Positions 26,513-37,605 of a stretch of 64,000 bases of DNA are shown piece after piece (the stretch's first letter is position 1; every line of letters begins with the position of its first letter). A program made the translations under genes and the position numbers. The notes below the pieces were generated by a model. It saw only the letters and a program-made list of their open reading frames with translations. It was not told where the DNA came from and made no database searches. The stretch is taken from the sequence record NC_041974.1; one strand, given 5' to 3'.

Positions 26513-27979
26513 ATGTCTATTGATCTGATCGCTTCCTTTATCGACGATTCGGGCAATGTCCCGATGACGGCGCTGACCGTGGTAAAGAAAGAGAACGACG
26601 AAGCCAACGCACAACTGCCGAAACAGGTAGCGATGCTGAAAGCCTCTAACGAACGTATCGTTGAACTTCAGTCTGTGATTGAACGTGTGCGCCGTGAAGG
26701 CATGAGCCGTGAAGTCGCCGCGATTGTTGCCTCGATTGCACCCGAAGCGTTGCCGGTTGGCTACGGTGCTGAAGGTTTCACTGAGCAACCCTCAAAGCTT
26801 GGGATGGCTGCTGGTCTGGAATCGATCACCGCCTATGTGATTGATGGTATCAAACGTCTGATCGCATTCCTGATTGATAAGGCCAAGAAAGCCGCTGCCT
26901 TTATTGTGGATCAGTATCGTCGTCTGACGGGCATTGCTCCCACTGCGTACAAGATCGATCGGCGTGCTGCTTATCTTACGGCGATGTCTGCCCGGTTTGC
27001 TCAGCATTTCGGTACGGATCTGGCGACCCTGTTAGAGCAGGATATCAATGCCGGCTTTACCAGTATCGAAAGCACCCGCATGGTATTAAGCGGTATGTTT
27101 GCTGATGCGGAAGTGCTGCAGGCGGATCTGTCTAAATATGGCAAGCACATCAATGTCATGTCCAAACAGATCGAAGCGTTACTGGCAGATGCGCCAGCAC
27201 GTGTGGTGCGGGTCAATGCGATTGTTAATGATGTCACGGTATCGCGCAATGGCAGCAACGATCGCAGTGCAGAGATCCTGCGTCTGATCGACACCCGTAA
27301 CCTCGATGCCCTGGTCAGTACGTTGCGCAGCGTCAGTAAGTTACTGGTCAGCAGCCCGATGTACAAATCCACTGGCACCGGTAAAGACGGCAAAATCAAA
27401 CAGACTATCCTTGAGCAGTTAAACAGCGATGGTTTCCGTGAGATGATGTCCGGCCTTTCCATGGCTGCTAATGCTGGCATGACCCACACCATGGACATGA
27501 CCGATGCCTCGGCGATCATTCGTTCACGTAATCTGGCTGAGGCTGTTAAAGAGCTCACCAATTACGAAGAAGTGAAGAAGCGTTCATTGGATGACCTCAA
27601 GTCTGCTACTGGTTCGATCAACAGCAACAAATATGTGCAGGCCGCTGAACAGTCACCGGGTGATGACCCGACCATGGCAGCTGTGGTGCAGTTTAACCAA
27701 TACTGGGATGATGTCACGACCGCCGTAAAAGTGGCACAGGACATCACCACCGCCTACGCGGAGACGGTATTCAAACTGCAGCTGTTCTCGGTGCGTTGTC
27801 AAGACCTGGCGCTGGTACAGTGGTCCGCTAACCCAGCCAATGCCGGTCTGGCAGAAGCCAATGCGGCGACTGAACGTCTGCAGGCGGTGGTCAAGCAGTA
27901 TCTGGATAAGGTCGTGAAGAACACCACGGGCTTGAAAGGTGCGCTGGATGACCTCGGCAAACTGGTCAATCAACTGTAA
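26513..27979 (+). CDS. Processed internal head protein (phiKZ gp86-like)
   Basis: YGAE|G and AGLE|S motifs followed by amphipathic helix IDGIKRLIAFLIDKAKK. Confidence 0.7.
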   Translation: MSIDLIASFIDDSGNVPMTALTVVKKENDEANAQLPKQVAMLKASNERIVELQSVIERVRREGMSREVAAIVASIAPEALPVGYGAEGFTEQPSKLGMAAGLESITAYVIDGIKRLIAFLIDKAKKAAAFIVDQYRRLTGIAPTAYKIDRRAAYLTAMSARFAQHFGTDLATLLEQDINAGFTSIESTRMVLSGMFADAEVLQADLSKYGKHINVMSKQIEALLADAPARVVRVNAIVNDVTVSRNGSNDRSAEILRLIDTRNLDALVSTLRSVSKLLVSSPMYKSTGTGKDGKIKQTILEQLNSDGFREMMSGLSMAANAGMTHTMDMTDASAIIRSRNLAEAVKELTNYEEVKKRSLDDLKSATGSINSNKYVQAAEQSPGDDPTMAAVVQFNQYWDDVTTAVKVAQDITTAYAETVFKLQLFSVRCQDLALVQWSANPANAGLAEANAATERLQAVVKQYLDKVVKNTTGLKGALDDLGKLVNQL

Positions 27980-27988
27980 GGAAATCGC

Positions 27989-29245
27989 ATGGAATCCACA
28001 TTACTTCAAACGATCAATGAAACCACGGAGTTGTGTGACTCTTTGATTTCGTTGTCACAACGTCTTGAGATGTTGGGTCCCATTGCTGCTGAGTCTGTTA
28101 ACTTCGCAAAGATCCATGAATCGATTAACCTGAAGGTGGCGAAGATTGCTGCTTCGATGGAGTCGATTGAAGCTAACGGCATCAACCAGGAGGCAGTGTT
28201 AGAAATCAATACTGCCATGCCTGGTATCATTCCCAACACCATCCCTCTTAATGGATACACCAAAGCCCGCAGTCAGATGAATGTGGGGTTTGCCTTAGAG
28301 TCGTTGGAGTCAGGTAAAGCAGCAATGATCTCCGGTTCAGTAACAGGGATCGTGGCCGTGATCGTCAAACTGTTTCGTTGGGTGGTCATGACCATCAAGC
28401 AGTATGTCAAATCACGCCGTGATGCGAACCGTCTCGGTGTCTCTGTGACACAAGCGCTGCAACGTGCGGGGACGATCAACGAATACCTGTTAGAACAGTT
28501 GGCGAAAACCCCTGAAGCCAAAGCCGCCCGTCCGGGCTTTGAATGGTTGGTATCGATCTGGCGTCCGCAGGCTGGGATCTTTAAGTTCAATGAAGATGCA
28601 CTGGTGCAGTGGTGGCCAGAGCTCGTCAATGAACTGGAGTACGAATACAACCAGATCAGCAAGGCGTTTGAAACACTGCGTGGCGGTGGGTCGTTTGTCC
28701 CGAACATTGCGAAAGCGCATCAGTCACCCTCCATGAAGCGTTTCTTTGAAGCCTTACCGCAAGGGACGGATCGTCAAGGGAATATCGTTGAGGTAGAGCT
28801 GGCGAAGAAGCAGTTCCAGGAGAACCCACAGCGTGCGTTGTTCCAACTGGCTGAGCGTCTGCGCTACATGATCATGCGTGAGCCTAAATCAAAAGGTACT
28901 GACTTTGGGCAAGAGCTGATCTCAGTAGGTCGCAGTATTGAAGCTTACACCAATGTGGATCGTCTGGTGTTTGATCAGCTGAATACCTACGACACCAACA
29001 ACCGATTAGGGAAACTGGAAGAGGCGTTTGGTGCGTTGTATAAGCAAGTCCAAGCCACACGCTACACTGCAGACAAAGCCCTGGTTGATGAGTTCGTGGG
29101 TTACCTGAACCGTTATTCAGAAAAGCTTAACTGTTTCGTGCAACTGATCACCATTGTGAGTTACCTGGATAGCTGTAGTTTCCAGATCCTTGACAATGTC
29201 TCCAAAGCCACCATGAAGTACGTTGATATTGCTGCCAGTAATTAA
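27989..29245 (+). CDS. Processed internal head protein, paralogue of 26513..27979
   Basis: ASME|S and FALE|S motifs; helix IVAVIVKLFRWVVMTIK; shared GF/GY-T..P/R-S..-GLE/ALE pattern. Confidence 0.7.
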   Translation: MESTLLQTINETTELCDSLISLSQRLEMLGPIAAESVNFAKIHESINLKVAKIAASMESIEANGINQEAVLEINTAMPGIIPNTIPLNGYTKARSQMNVGFALESLESGKAAMISGSVTGIVAVIVKLFRWVVMTIKQYVKSRRDANRLGVSVTQALQRAGTINEYLLEQLAKTPEAKAARPGFEWLVSIWRPQAGIFKFNEDALVQWWPELVNELEYEYNQISKAFETLRGGGSFVPNIAKAHQSPSMKRFFEALPQGTDRQGNIVEVELAKKQFQENPQRALFQLAERLRYMIMREPKSKGTDFGQELISVGRSIEAYTNVDRLVFDQLNTYDTNNRLGKLEEAFGALYKQVQATRYTADKALVDEFVGYLNRYSEKLNCFVQLITIVSYLDSCSFQILDNVSKATMKYVDIAASN

Positions 29246-29247
29246 AT

Positions 29248-29299
29248 CGGCATAAAGGCCTGGCCTTCCTTGCGGAGGGCCAGAGCCTTGCTTATGCCG
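29248..29299. terminator. Bidirectional terminator, CGGCATAA...TTATGCCG
   Basis: CTGGCCTTCC-ttgc-GGAGGGCCAG core; TTATGCCG overlaps the TAA stop of the minus-strand gene. Confidence 0.8.
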
Positions 29300-32249
29300 T
29301 TAAGCTTGACTTCGCTGAGGTATGTTTCAGGAAGGTGATGGAGATGTCTTCTTTCACCGTTAAGGTTTCATCCGACGCCACATCTACCCGTTTCTTGATG
29401 GCACACCGCATGGTGTCATCTAATGCGGTCATGACTTTGATATCACCGTTCACCCCGAGTGCTTTAAACTCGATGTCAACCACATCTGACGTTCGATACG
29501 GTTTCAGCGCATCAACCAGATCTGTCAGACCAAAGGTTGCCCGGGCAATCACTGCGGCAATCGCTGGACTCACTTTCGCTGACAGGTTGTCACGCAATGA
29601 GGTGTTCTTGTAACCGTTGTCGGTCATGTAGAAGGTTACGTCAAAACCAATCGCGGCGGAGATCTGACGAGACTCTCGTGCATTGGCAATCACATCGATC
29701 AAGCCCAGGGTTTGTTTCGGTCGTAACGACACCGTGGTCTTCTCAAGCAACTGCCGCTTCACCGTGACCATGTCTTCTGTCACCCAGTCAACCAGATCAG
29801 AGATCACATCAGTGATGTATGTCTTATCCAGCGGGTTACCGGTAAAGTAGTAGACACCATCCAGACCCACCACATCGATCTCACGCACCACCACACGTTC
29901 ATTAAGCGGGATAGGGTTACCTTGCTCATCCGACTTAATGTCACCCACCCGATAACGATAGATGATGTTGTTATCAGCGTCATACATGATGTCGCCTTTG
30001 GCGTGCAGGATGATCGGTTGGTTGTTGCTGTCAAACACCAGTTGGTTAGTGACCGCATCACGTTGATACACCGTCTCTGCATAACGCCACGGCACATCGA
30101 CATCATACTTCTGATACTCGATGTCAGACACCACTGAACGTGACCGCTGATACAGATAGGTCAGGGCTTTGCCCATCACCACATCGTAGGACTGCTCCGT
30201 CACCACCACGAACTGCTGATCCAGGTAGAAACTCCCCAGCTTCTTATCACTGTCGCTGTACACCACGTCGTTCGGTGATTTGGCCACAGCAATACAGTTT
30301 AGCAGGATGAAGTTCTTTTCCAGTACCGAGCGCAACTTAGACGGCGCATTACCAAACTGACCAAAGGAGGTCAGGATGATCTCGTCCTCATTGGTGATGT
30401 CGAGATTACTGTCAATATCAAACTGCCAGACACGTTCGCGGGTTGCTGTCCGACCGATCATCAAGCCATTGAGGTAGCCGTAGTTGCTTTCCCCTTCCGG
30501 CATGAACAGTAACTGACACGCCACATCGCTGTCTGCCAGGTCTTTGTAGTAATCACCTGAACTCGTCACCACGGTTGCTCTAAAGCCATTGGTGGTTTTG
30601 GTAAAGGTAAAACTGTCCGCCACAAGTTCAACACCGATGGAGTTGTTCTCATAGCTGAATACCCGACCTGCTACAGAAGGACGATCCAGATCATAGACCC
30701 GAGTGGTAAACGCATCGTTATTCGCATCCAACACCATGTAGAAAGGTGAGAACATGAACACGTTGTTGTTGACCGTCAAGGCACGACTGTCTAATCCCGC
30801 GCCGTTGATCGTAGCCAGCTCCGCATCGGATACCATGTTGTAGATACCGTTGACCAAGCGGTATAAGGCTGTCGGAGTGATGGTGATGCGATTGCCGTTA
30901 TCACGCACTGCGGTATTACTGACTAACTGCAACATCGATGACTGCAGGGTAATAATCCCGGTACCGGCCGGTGTATTGATGCCAGACTTGTTGGTCTGCG
31001 GATTCAGTGACCGGGTCGCATGGTAAATACGTTGCGTCACTGTGTCTTCTGATTTCAATGCCCCGTAGCCTAAATCGACCAGGGTTTGTGAGACCTGCGC
31101 TTCAGTAATCGGTAAGACCGTTTTGTTGGCCGAATAGATCACCGCTTCACGCAACGCTTCAACACTGAGGCCGTTCACCCCACCGCTGACACCGCTGCTG
31201 ATCGACATGGTCTTTTCATTAAAGACGGTCAATGGGGTAGAGTACTTATCCAACACCCGATCTTCGTAATTGAAGTCACGGTAGACCGCACTGATCGAAG
31301 AAGACTGCAGCGCCAGCGTTTCGATAACCAGGTTACCTTTACTGGTGTAGACATCTGCCCGCACCTGACGACCCACTGCCAGATTGTTGGAGATGTAGAT
31401 TTCCGGTAGCACAACCTTCACTGAGTCTTCTAACACCTGGGCGACGAAGGTCAGCTTGGTGTTGTCATAGACCAGGTCATCATGGGTGACGTACGCCTCT
31501 TCCCACTCATCAGTCACATTCGCCCGTGTAAAGACACGCAGGTAATAGAACTGGTCACCTTTTAATGGATAGGTATTGCGATACCCACTCATGCTGGTAA
31601 TCTGACCGTAATAAGGCTGGGCTTTGAACTGACGTAAAGGTACCGTGATGTAGAGCAGTTCAACCCCGTTGAAGATCGCAGTCCGCCAGGTTAACTGGTT
31701 GGTCTCAACCGTCAGTAACGGACTGGGTTGCGACACATCGTACACCACCACAAAGCCGCCATGTTTCATCACCCGGATTTCAATCGGATACTCCAGACTG
31801 AAGGTGACGTCCATCACCGTGATTTCCGTGTTGCGTGGAATCACCATCTTCGAGTAGATGCTGTCGATGTCATCGTTGCCACTGCTGTCGAGCTGCACTG
31901 CACGCGCCCGAATCTCATCGGCATTGAAAATGAAGTTGGTGGTGATACGTGACGGGGTACAGAAACGGTTCTTGTAATCCTCATCACTCATGTTGCGATA
32001 CAGATCTTCATACGTCCGCGCCATCTTCGGGTAGTACGCCGTATAAAGGTCTTCATGGTTTTGCATCACTGCTGAACCGGTCAGAGCAACCAGCTCAAAA
32101 GCAAACATCGCGGGGTTGGTGGCATTCATGATATCAATCGTGCCATCCATGTTTTGATCTAACAGATCGAGTGTGTAGTCCATCATCAAAGATGGATCAT
32201 TACGCAGGTCGATCATTTTCTGTTTACGTACGTCGATGCTGTCGCTCAT
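29292..32249 (-). CDS. Baseplate wedge protein candidate (phiKZ gp87-like; T4 gp6-like)
   Basis: 985 aa, beta-rich; N-terminal NPAMFAFE...YPKMARTYEDLYRNMSD and SGGVNGLSVEALRE resemble baseplate J/gp6; synteny. Confidence 0.7.
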   Translation of the reverse strand: MSDSIDVRKQKMIDLRNDPSLMMDYTLDLLDQNMDGTIDIMNATNPAMFAFELVALTGSAVMQNHEDLYTAYYPKMARTYEDLYRNMSDEDYKNRFCTPSRITTNFIFNADEIRARAVQLDSSGNDDIDSIYSKMVIPRNTEITVMDVTFSLEYPIEIRVMKHGGFVVVYDVSQPSPLLTVETNQLTWRTAIFNGVELLYITVPLRQFKAQPYYGQITSMSGYRNTYPLKGDQFYYLRVFTRANVTDEWEEAYVTHDDLVYDNTKLTFVAQVLEDSVKVVLPEIYISNNLAVGRQVRADVYTSKGNLVIETLALQSSSISAVYRDFNYEDRVLDKYSTPLTVFNEKTMSISSGVSGGVNGLSVEALREAVIYSANKTVLPITEAQVSQTLVDLGYGALKSEDTVTQRIYHATRSLNPQTNKSGINTPAGTGIITLQSSMLQLVSNTAVRDNGNRITITPTALYRLVNGIYNMVSDAELATINGAGLDSRALTVNNNVFMFSPFYMVLDANNDAFTTRVYDLDRPSVAGRVFSYENNSIGVELVADSFTFTKTTNGFRATVVTSSGDYYKDLADSDVACQLLFMPEGESNYGYLNGLMIGRTATRERVWQFDIDSNLDITNEDEIILTSFGQFGNAPSKLRSVLEKNFILLNCIAVAKSPNDVVYSDSDKKLGSFYLDQQFVVVTEQSYDVVMGKALTYLYQRSRSVVSDIEYQKYDVDVPWRYAETVYQRDAVTNQLVFDSNNQPIILHAKGDIMYDADNNIIYRYRVGDIKSDEQGNPIPLNERVVVREIDVVGLDGVYYFTGNPLDKTYITDVISDLVDWVTEDMVTVKRQLLEKTTVSLRPKQTLGLIDVIANARESRQISAAIGFDVTFYMTDNGYKNTSLRDNLSAKVSPAIAAVIARATFGLTDLVDALKPYRTSDVVDIEFKALGVNGDIKVMTALDDTMRCAIKKRVDVASDETLTVKEDISITFLKHTSAKSSLTA

Positions 32250-32258
32250 CGTAGCCTC

Positions 32259-33284
32259 TTATTTTTGATCCTTCGGAACCCACCACTGGAATTCGTTCGT
32301 CATCACGTCGATATAAGGATAACCAATAAAGTTGTAGCGCTGCATTTCACCCGGGGAGATTTTGCGGAAGAACGTGTTACGGTTCGCGGCTTTCATCTGC
32401 GGGTTAAATAACTCGACACAACTGTTGAAATCCAGGATCAGGGATTGCGTGTTATAGCGCCAGCCCACACACTGCCAGTTACAACTGATTTGGTTATTGT
32501 TCTTGATCAGTGGGGTGTCTTTGGTGGTGCCAAAGTCAAACGCATTACCAATCGGGTTGGTGGTACAGATTGCTGCGTAGGGTGCACCGATCTTTGTCAC
32601 ATAGCGTGAAGTCTGATCCAGGATGATGCGATAGAAGCGCATGGTGTAATCAATATAGTTGTTAACAATGGCGTCCCAATAGGGAACCATGTCGCCAAGG
32701 TATACCGATGAGCTGTACGTTTGCAGCAGATCCAGAATCATGGTGATCGGGTCACCTGAGATGTTGGTGTGCGTTGATGTCACCTGATAGGCTTCATTAA
32801 ACTCCGACTGACCATCAACCATCGACCAGGTTTCTTTACGTGAGCCTGGTGGTGCAGTAAAGGTATCAATCACGATATCGGGAAAACCGGTCATCGATTC
32901 CAGGGTGTTTGATAAAATGGACACGAAGGCCTGTTGGTTATCAAACAGTCTGGAGTAGCTTTTTCGATCAATTGTGCCGGTCGCATCAAACATCGAACGG
33001 ATCGCACCTGGGATCGTATCGGCGTTGTTTGAAGCAAGCGAAAGCAGCTTTTCTTGTCGATTCAGATTATCGTATGACAGGTTAAGGATTGGGCGTGTGA
33101 AAAAGGTATACCCCATGACGTCTTTGTTGATGGGTAGAAAGGCGCTACGGTTACTGAATTTGTTCAAACCCCAATAGTTATGCGCAAGCGATGAGGTTAC
33201 ACTACCATACCCGGACTCCCTTGCAGCCGAGTCAATACTCTCGGTCCACAACCCAGGATTGTAGTCGTCATTGTCATTGGCCAT
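32259..33284 (-). CDS. Tail-tube-like baseplate protein candidate (phiKZ gp88-like)
   Basis: 341 aa; GYTFFTRPILNL, FPDIVIDT, YAAICTTNPIG; synteny. Confidence 0.65.
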   Translation of the reverse strand: MANDNDDYNPGLWTESIDSAARESGYGSVTSSLAHNYWGLNKFSNRSAFLPINKDVMGYTFFTRPILNLSYDNLNRQEKLLSLASNNADTIPGAIRSMFDATGTIDRKSYSRLFDNQQAFVSILSNTLESMTGFPDIVIDTFTAPPGSRKETWSMVDGQSEFNEAYQVTSTHTNISGDPITMILDLLQTYSSSVYLGDMVPYWDAIVNNYIDYTMRFYRIILDQTSRYVTKIGAPYAAICTTNPIGNAFDFGTTKDTPLIKNNNQISCNWQCVGWRYNTQSLILDFNSCVELFNPQMKAANRNTFFRKISPGEMQRYNFIGYPYIDVMTNEFQWWVPKDQK

Positions 33285-33337
33285 TACTCATCACCTCTTT
33301 GAAATAGAATATCCGTTGAATCCATAGGAGTACTTTT

Positions 33338-34504
33338 ATGTTACCATTAGTTACGGGGGCGATTACACTGGCCAGTTCGCTTGCGCTTGTCGCCGAACGT
33401 ATTCTGGCAGCCAAGAAAGCTGCTGGTGAAGTCGCTGGTACTGTTGACAATACGTTGGCCACGTTAGGCCAGATGGGCACACGTGATTTGGTAACCTTTA
33501 CCAAGGTGACCCGCATGGAACCTCTGGTGTTGTTAGATGATCGTTTGAAGTTTGATCCTTCGACCCCGGAGATCCTGCAAGTACTGACCAGTTTGATTGC
33601 CGGCTACTATACCCAGGCGTTTGCCCTGCTGGGCCAGGTCGACGGTATTGACGTCATCGGCACCCTGGATAAGCTGAACCCGTCACGTACTGGTATTGGC
33701 CTGAACAACTTTGAAGGTGATCTTGAGAAAGACGGCCTCCATAAATTTAGTAACCAGTCAAATACCCCTCTCTATAGTATCGGGCTGGAAGCACTGACTG
33801 AAGTGCAGAGCGCCGAGAACAAGCCGGTTAAAATCCAGACCGATAAAAATGTCGTGGCTGATATTTCGGCACCGACTAACCTGGCGCTGGGTAAGATGAT
33901 CAAGGTGACCTTGTCAGCTAATGGCAACACCATTGAGATCCCAATCACCATCCGTGTGAAACCTGTCACTACCGGTAGCGATGCCGTTACGGCGATTCTG
34001 GCCATCGGTACCACGAAGAACACCGTGGCTGAGCGCTGGAACCGTTTCAAAGCTGGCGAGCTGACCTTCACTAACCTGGCCACTGGTGATGACGTGATTC
34101 GTCAACACAAGAAGATCCTGGTGCAGGATACCTCGGGCTTCTATGCCGAGATCACCCGTCGTGCCCGTGGTAATGCGAAGAAAGGTGCCCTGTCCGGTAA
34201 CCTGTCGCTGGCTACGGATTCTAACGTGGTAATGATCTCTTCAGCCACGGCGCTGGATGTGGGTCGCGAGCTCGGTGGTGAACTGTCCAACTTCCGTATC
34301 CGTGAAGCGATGTTCGCCAAGGTGTACTCTAACATGCTGATCATCGTGGATGACCTGCGTGGCATGGTCTCCTTCTACTACCGCGGTGAGTCATTACCAA
34401 ACGTGCTGTCGCTGCAGGATATCAAACTGTATAACAAAGGCAGCGGTCCAGACATCATGTCGATCTTCAGTGCGTTTGCTGAAAACAAAATCCCTTCCCT
34501 TTAA
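33338..34504 (+). CDS. Inner-body head protein (phiKZ gp89-like)
   Basis: 388 aa; TKVTRMEPLVLLD; IGLE|A processing motif; first gene of inner-head operon. Confidence 0.75.
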   Translation: MLPLVTGAITLASSLALVAERILAAKKAAGEVAGTVDNTLATLGQMGTRDLVTFTKVTRMEPLVLLDDRLKFDPSTPEILQVLTSLIAGYYTQAFALLGQVDGIDVIGTLDKLNPSRTGIGLNNFEGDLEKDGLHKFSNQSNTPLYSIGLEALTEVQSAENKPVKIQTDKNVVADISAPTNLALGKMIKVTLSANGNTIEIPITIRVKPVTTGSDAVTAILAIGTTKNTVAERWNRFKAGELTFTNLATGDDVIRQHKKILVQDTSGFYAEITRRARGNAKKGALSGNLSLATDSNVVMISSATALDVGRELGGELSNFRIREAMFAKVYSNMLIIVDDLRGMVSFYYRGESLPNVLSLQDIKLYNKGSGPDIMSIFSAFAENKIPSL

Positions 34505-34516
34505 GGATCTCGTTCG

Positions 34517-35410
34517 ATGAACATTTTTAACTACGTCAAAGGCCTGATTGGTACGGTTGACAAACGCGATGTCCTAAGCGAGATCGATGCCCTGCGTGAT
34601 GAGCTCACCCGGTTCACCATTAACAACTATGCGAAAGCCATGGATGTTAATGTCAACACCGACGGCAGTAATTACTACGTAAAACAGATCAGCCGTGAAT
34701 TCGCGAAAGTGAAACAGGTTGAAGGTTTACGTGGTCAGAACCTGATCGCTCAAACGTACATCTCCTTAAAGCAGCTGACCCTGACCCTGGAGTGGATGCG
34801 CAAACAGGTTGAGCGTGAGTACGGTGGTCGTATTGCCCGCGAAGCCGTTGACTTTAAACAAGCCAACTTCCTGCGCTATATCGACTCGATCGACTTCTAC
34901 CTGCGTTACGCTCGCTCCATGCTGCTCGTGGTGACGTCCCTGAATGCTAACCCATCAGCGGATATCACCAAAGGCTTCACGGTGCATGAGATCCGTTTCC
35001 TGACCGATACTGCTGTGCACTTCATCTACCTGACCTCGCTGTTCTCACAGCCGGTGAGCGTGACTGAGAAAGTGTTCGATGCGGTACCGTCGGTTGTGGT
35101 CTCCGATGCGGATCAGCAAGCGATCGAAGCAGTACTGGGTAACAAGACCGATGTGGCGAGGTCTAACTTCATCCCACTGGGTTACAACCCGTTCTTCCTG
35201 ATTGGTCGTCTGCGTGCTGAACGTCGTGTGAAACGCCTGCGGGCAGCTGAAGCGGCAGCCATTGCCACTGAGCTGACCTTGAGCAAGCTCATGGACAAAC
35301 AAGCAGGCGGGTCAGAAGACCCCACCATTCAGAAACAAATTGATCATTATCAGAATCAGTTGAACCGACTGAACTTTGAGATCGATCAGATCAAATCCGA
35401 AGTCGAGTAA
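34517..35410 (+). CDS. Inner-body head protein (phiKZ gp90-like)
   Basis: 297 aa helical; NFIPLGYNPFFLIG and C-terminal coiled coil; synteny. Confidence 0.75.
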   Translation: MNIFNYVKGLIGTVDKRDVLSEIDALRDELTRFTINNYAKAMDVNVNTDGSNYYVKQISREFAKVKQVEGLRGQNLIAQTYISLKQLTLTLEWMRKQVEREYGGRIAREAVDFKQANFLRYIDSIDFYLRYARSMLLVVTSLNANPSADITKGFTVHEIRFLTDTAVHFIYLTSLFSQPVSVTEKVFDAVPSVVVSDADQQAIEAVLGNKTDVARSNFIPLGYNPFFLIGRLRAERRVKRLRAAEAAAIATELTLSKLMDKQAGGSEDPTIQKQIDHYQNQLNRLNFEIDQIKSEVE

Positions 35411-35420
35411 GGAGTCCGTC

Positions 35421-35960
35421 ATGGCAGATCGTGTTAGTACTGGTGCAGAGATTATCTACGGCACCGGCTTTACCTCCCATGGCGGTCCAGGACAGCAAGG
35501 TGTAAAGATCAACGTCGACAACAACGTCATTGATCTTTACCAGCGTTTGGCAGGCAACATCACGCTCGCCGGTAACTTTAACTTCCGAAAAGAAGTGTGT
35601 GTTACTGCTGCACGACTGTTACTGCCATTGCCAAACTGGCTCCTGGCCACCCGTAGCAATTACCTGCACTCCAAACACGCGCTGTTGTTCGCCCGTGACC
35701 TGGGGTTGATTGCAATGGGTAAGAGTCCGGACATGAGTGTGATGACGCGCATGCGTCTGTTTTCACCCAGTTCTGTGAAGTCCAACCCGGGTGAGCTGAA
35801 TGCGTCGAATTACGATGCACTCTCGTTGATCCCTAATAAGTTCATTGATGAGCTGCGTACCTATTCCAATGGTGCACAGCTGGCTAACCTGACCCGCGAC
35901 GCACAGCATGTGAAAGACCTGGTCACGTCATTATATGTCATGTTTGGTTCTGTTGAATAA
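35421..35960 (+). CDS. Head protein (phiKZ gp91-like by synteny)
   Basis: RBS TAAGGAG before ATG 35421. Confidence 0.7.
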   Translation: MADRVSTGAEIIYGTGFTSHGGPGQQGVKINVDNNVIDLYQRLAGNITLAGNFNFRKEVCVTAARLLLPLPNWLLATRSNYLHSKHALLFARDLGLIAMGKSPDMSVMTRMRLFSPSSVKSNPGELNASNYDALSLIPNKFIDELRTYSNGAQLANLTRDAQHVKDLVTSLYVMFGSVE

Positions 35961-35997
35961 CAGGCCTCAAAATCGGAATGTAGAGGATACGTAAAAA

Positions 35998-37587
35998 ATG
36001 AGTAAAGCATACCTCCATACCCTGCTGACTGCAGGTAATGAAGCGTTTGATGCAGCCGGCGAACCAGTGGGTGTGACTGTGGTTGATGCCCCGATCGAAG
36101 TGCCTGTTGTTGCAGACCCAGCAGTTGAGCCAGAAGCCCCAGCGGTAACTGACGCGCCGGTGGTTACGCAGGACCCGGTTGAGCCTGATCCAGAACCAGC
36201 AGCGGTCGTCGTTGCCATCAACGAAGATGAGAAAGAGCTGGTCATTGCGTCTACTGAAGCGGCTGCGGCCGAAGTGGTTGTGATCGAATCTGATTGCGCG
36301 CTGGAAGAAGTCGAAGACCTGCTGGACGACCAGATCCAGGTTGTGGCGGAAACTGAAAACATCGTCGCCTCTATGGAATCGTTCGTCGGTTCTGCGATGA
36401 CCATGCAGGATGCGCAAGCCCTGCAGCAGTGGGTGCATAACGCCACCCGTGGTCAGTATGACCAAGCTAAAGTTGTCGGCTCTCTGGAAGCGTTCGGTAA
36501 CGACGTCTCTACCGATGATGCGCTGAACGCTGGCCTGGAAGGGATCGGTGAGTTCCTGAAAGCTGCCCGTAACAAAGCAGCTGATCTGCGTAAAGTCATG
36601 GTTGCGCGCTGGAACGCTTTCTTCAAAGATGTGTTCGTGGGCTTTGATAAAGTCGCACGTCGTGCTGATGCACTGGGTAAACTGGCGAAAGGTACTTCAG
36701 GCGAATCCAACTCCTCTACTATTCAGCTGCCGCTGGATACTGCCTGGCGTCTGGTGAAAGATGGTAAGGTTTCTCAGAACCTGCCGAAAGATCTGGGTGA
36801 CCTGGGTAAATTTGCCAAGGCCGTCTTTAAAGACAACCCGGAAGCGCTGCTGGTTCATCGTAAGAAACTGGTTGACATCGCTGTTCGTCTGTCTACTGCT
36901 GACTATGACGACGCGCTGAAGATCGGCAAAGAGCTGGTGAACTTCGAACTGCCAAGCGTTGGCGTGTGCAAAACCAAAGTGGTCAACAACTCCAACACGG
37001 TTGATGTGTATCGCTCTGATGAGTTCCTGGGTGCGCTGTCTATTTTCTATTGCAAACCTGTTGACAAAATCAATGCGCAGTTACCACTGCCGCGTCAGCT
37101 GTCGGACAAGTTCAACTCCATCATTGCGATCGATGTGAGCGTGTCTGAAACCGGTAAGAAAACACCGAAGCTGGATGTCTCTATTGATACCCTGCAGCCG
37201 GCTGAAATCGCCAAAGTGGCTGATGATGTTAACGCTATCCTGGGTGACATCCGTCAGTACCGCACCAACTACGGCGAGTGGTATGCGGCCAACAGCGATC
37301 TGGATCGTGTGATCGGTATCCTGGCGAACGTACCATGGTCTGGCGATGCTGGCACCACTACTGTCGACAGCACCACTGATGCCGAGGGTAATACCTCAAC
37401 CACCGTAAACATCATCGGTCTGAACCGCGACCTGGCGGATGTGATTGAAGGCATGCATGACATGTATAGCTACCTGTCTGTAAGCCCGATCCGTGTCCTG
37501 TCTGCTGAACTGCTGCCAATCCTGAACCGTGCACTGGAAGTGGGTGAACGTTCTCTGGCAACCTACAGCGACAACAACCTGGCGTAA
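35998..37587 (+). CDS. Inner head paralogue (phiKZ gp93/SPN3US gp53-54 family)
   Basis: AGNE|AFD leader, Pro/Ala/Val/Glu propeptide, ASME|S, GSLE|A, AGLE|G sites. Confidence 0.8.
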   Translation: MSKAYLHTLLTAGNEAFDAAGEPVGVTVVDAPIEVPVVADPAVEPEAPAVTDAPVVTQDPVEPDPEPAAVVVAINEDEKELVIASTEAAAAEVVVIESDCALEEVEDLLDDQIQVVAETENIVASMESFVGSAMTMQDAQALQQWVHNATRGQYDQAKVVGSLEAFGNDVSTDDALNAGLEGIGEFLKAARNKAADLRKVMVARWNAFFKDVFVGFDKVARRADALGKLAKGTSGESNSSTIQLPLDTAWRLVKDGKVSQNLPKDLGDLGKFAKAVFKDNPEALLVHRKKLVDIAVRLSTADYDDALKIGKELVNFELPSVGVCKTKVVNNSNTVDVYRSDEFLGALSIFYCKPVDKINAQLPLPRQLSDKFNSIIAIDVSVSETGKKTPKLDVSIDTLQPAEIAKVADDVNAILGDIRQYRTNYGEWYAANSDLDRVIGILANVPWSGDAGTTTVDSTTDAEGNTSTTVNIIGLNRDLADVIEGMHDMYSYLSVSPIRVLSAELLPILNRALEVGERSLATYSDNNLA

Positions 37588-37605
37588 CCGTCATAAGGCA
37601 AAGAG

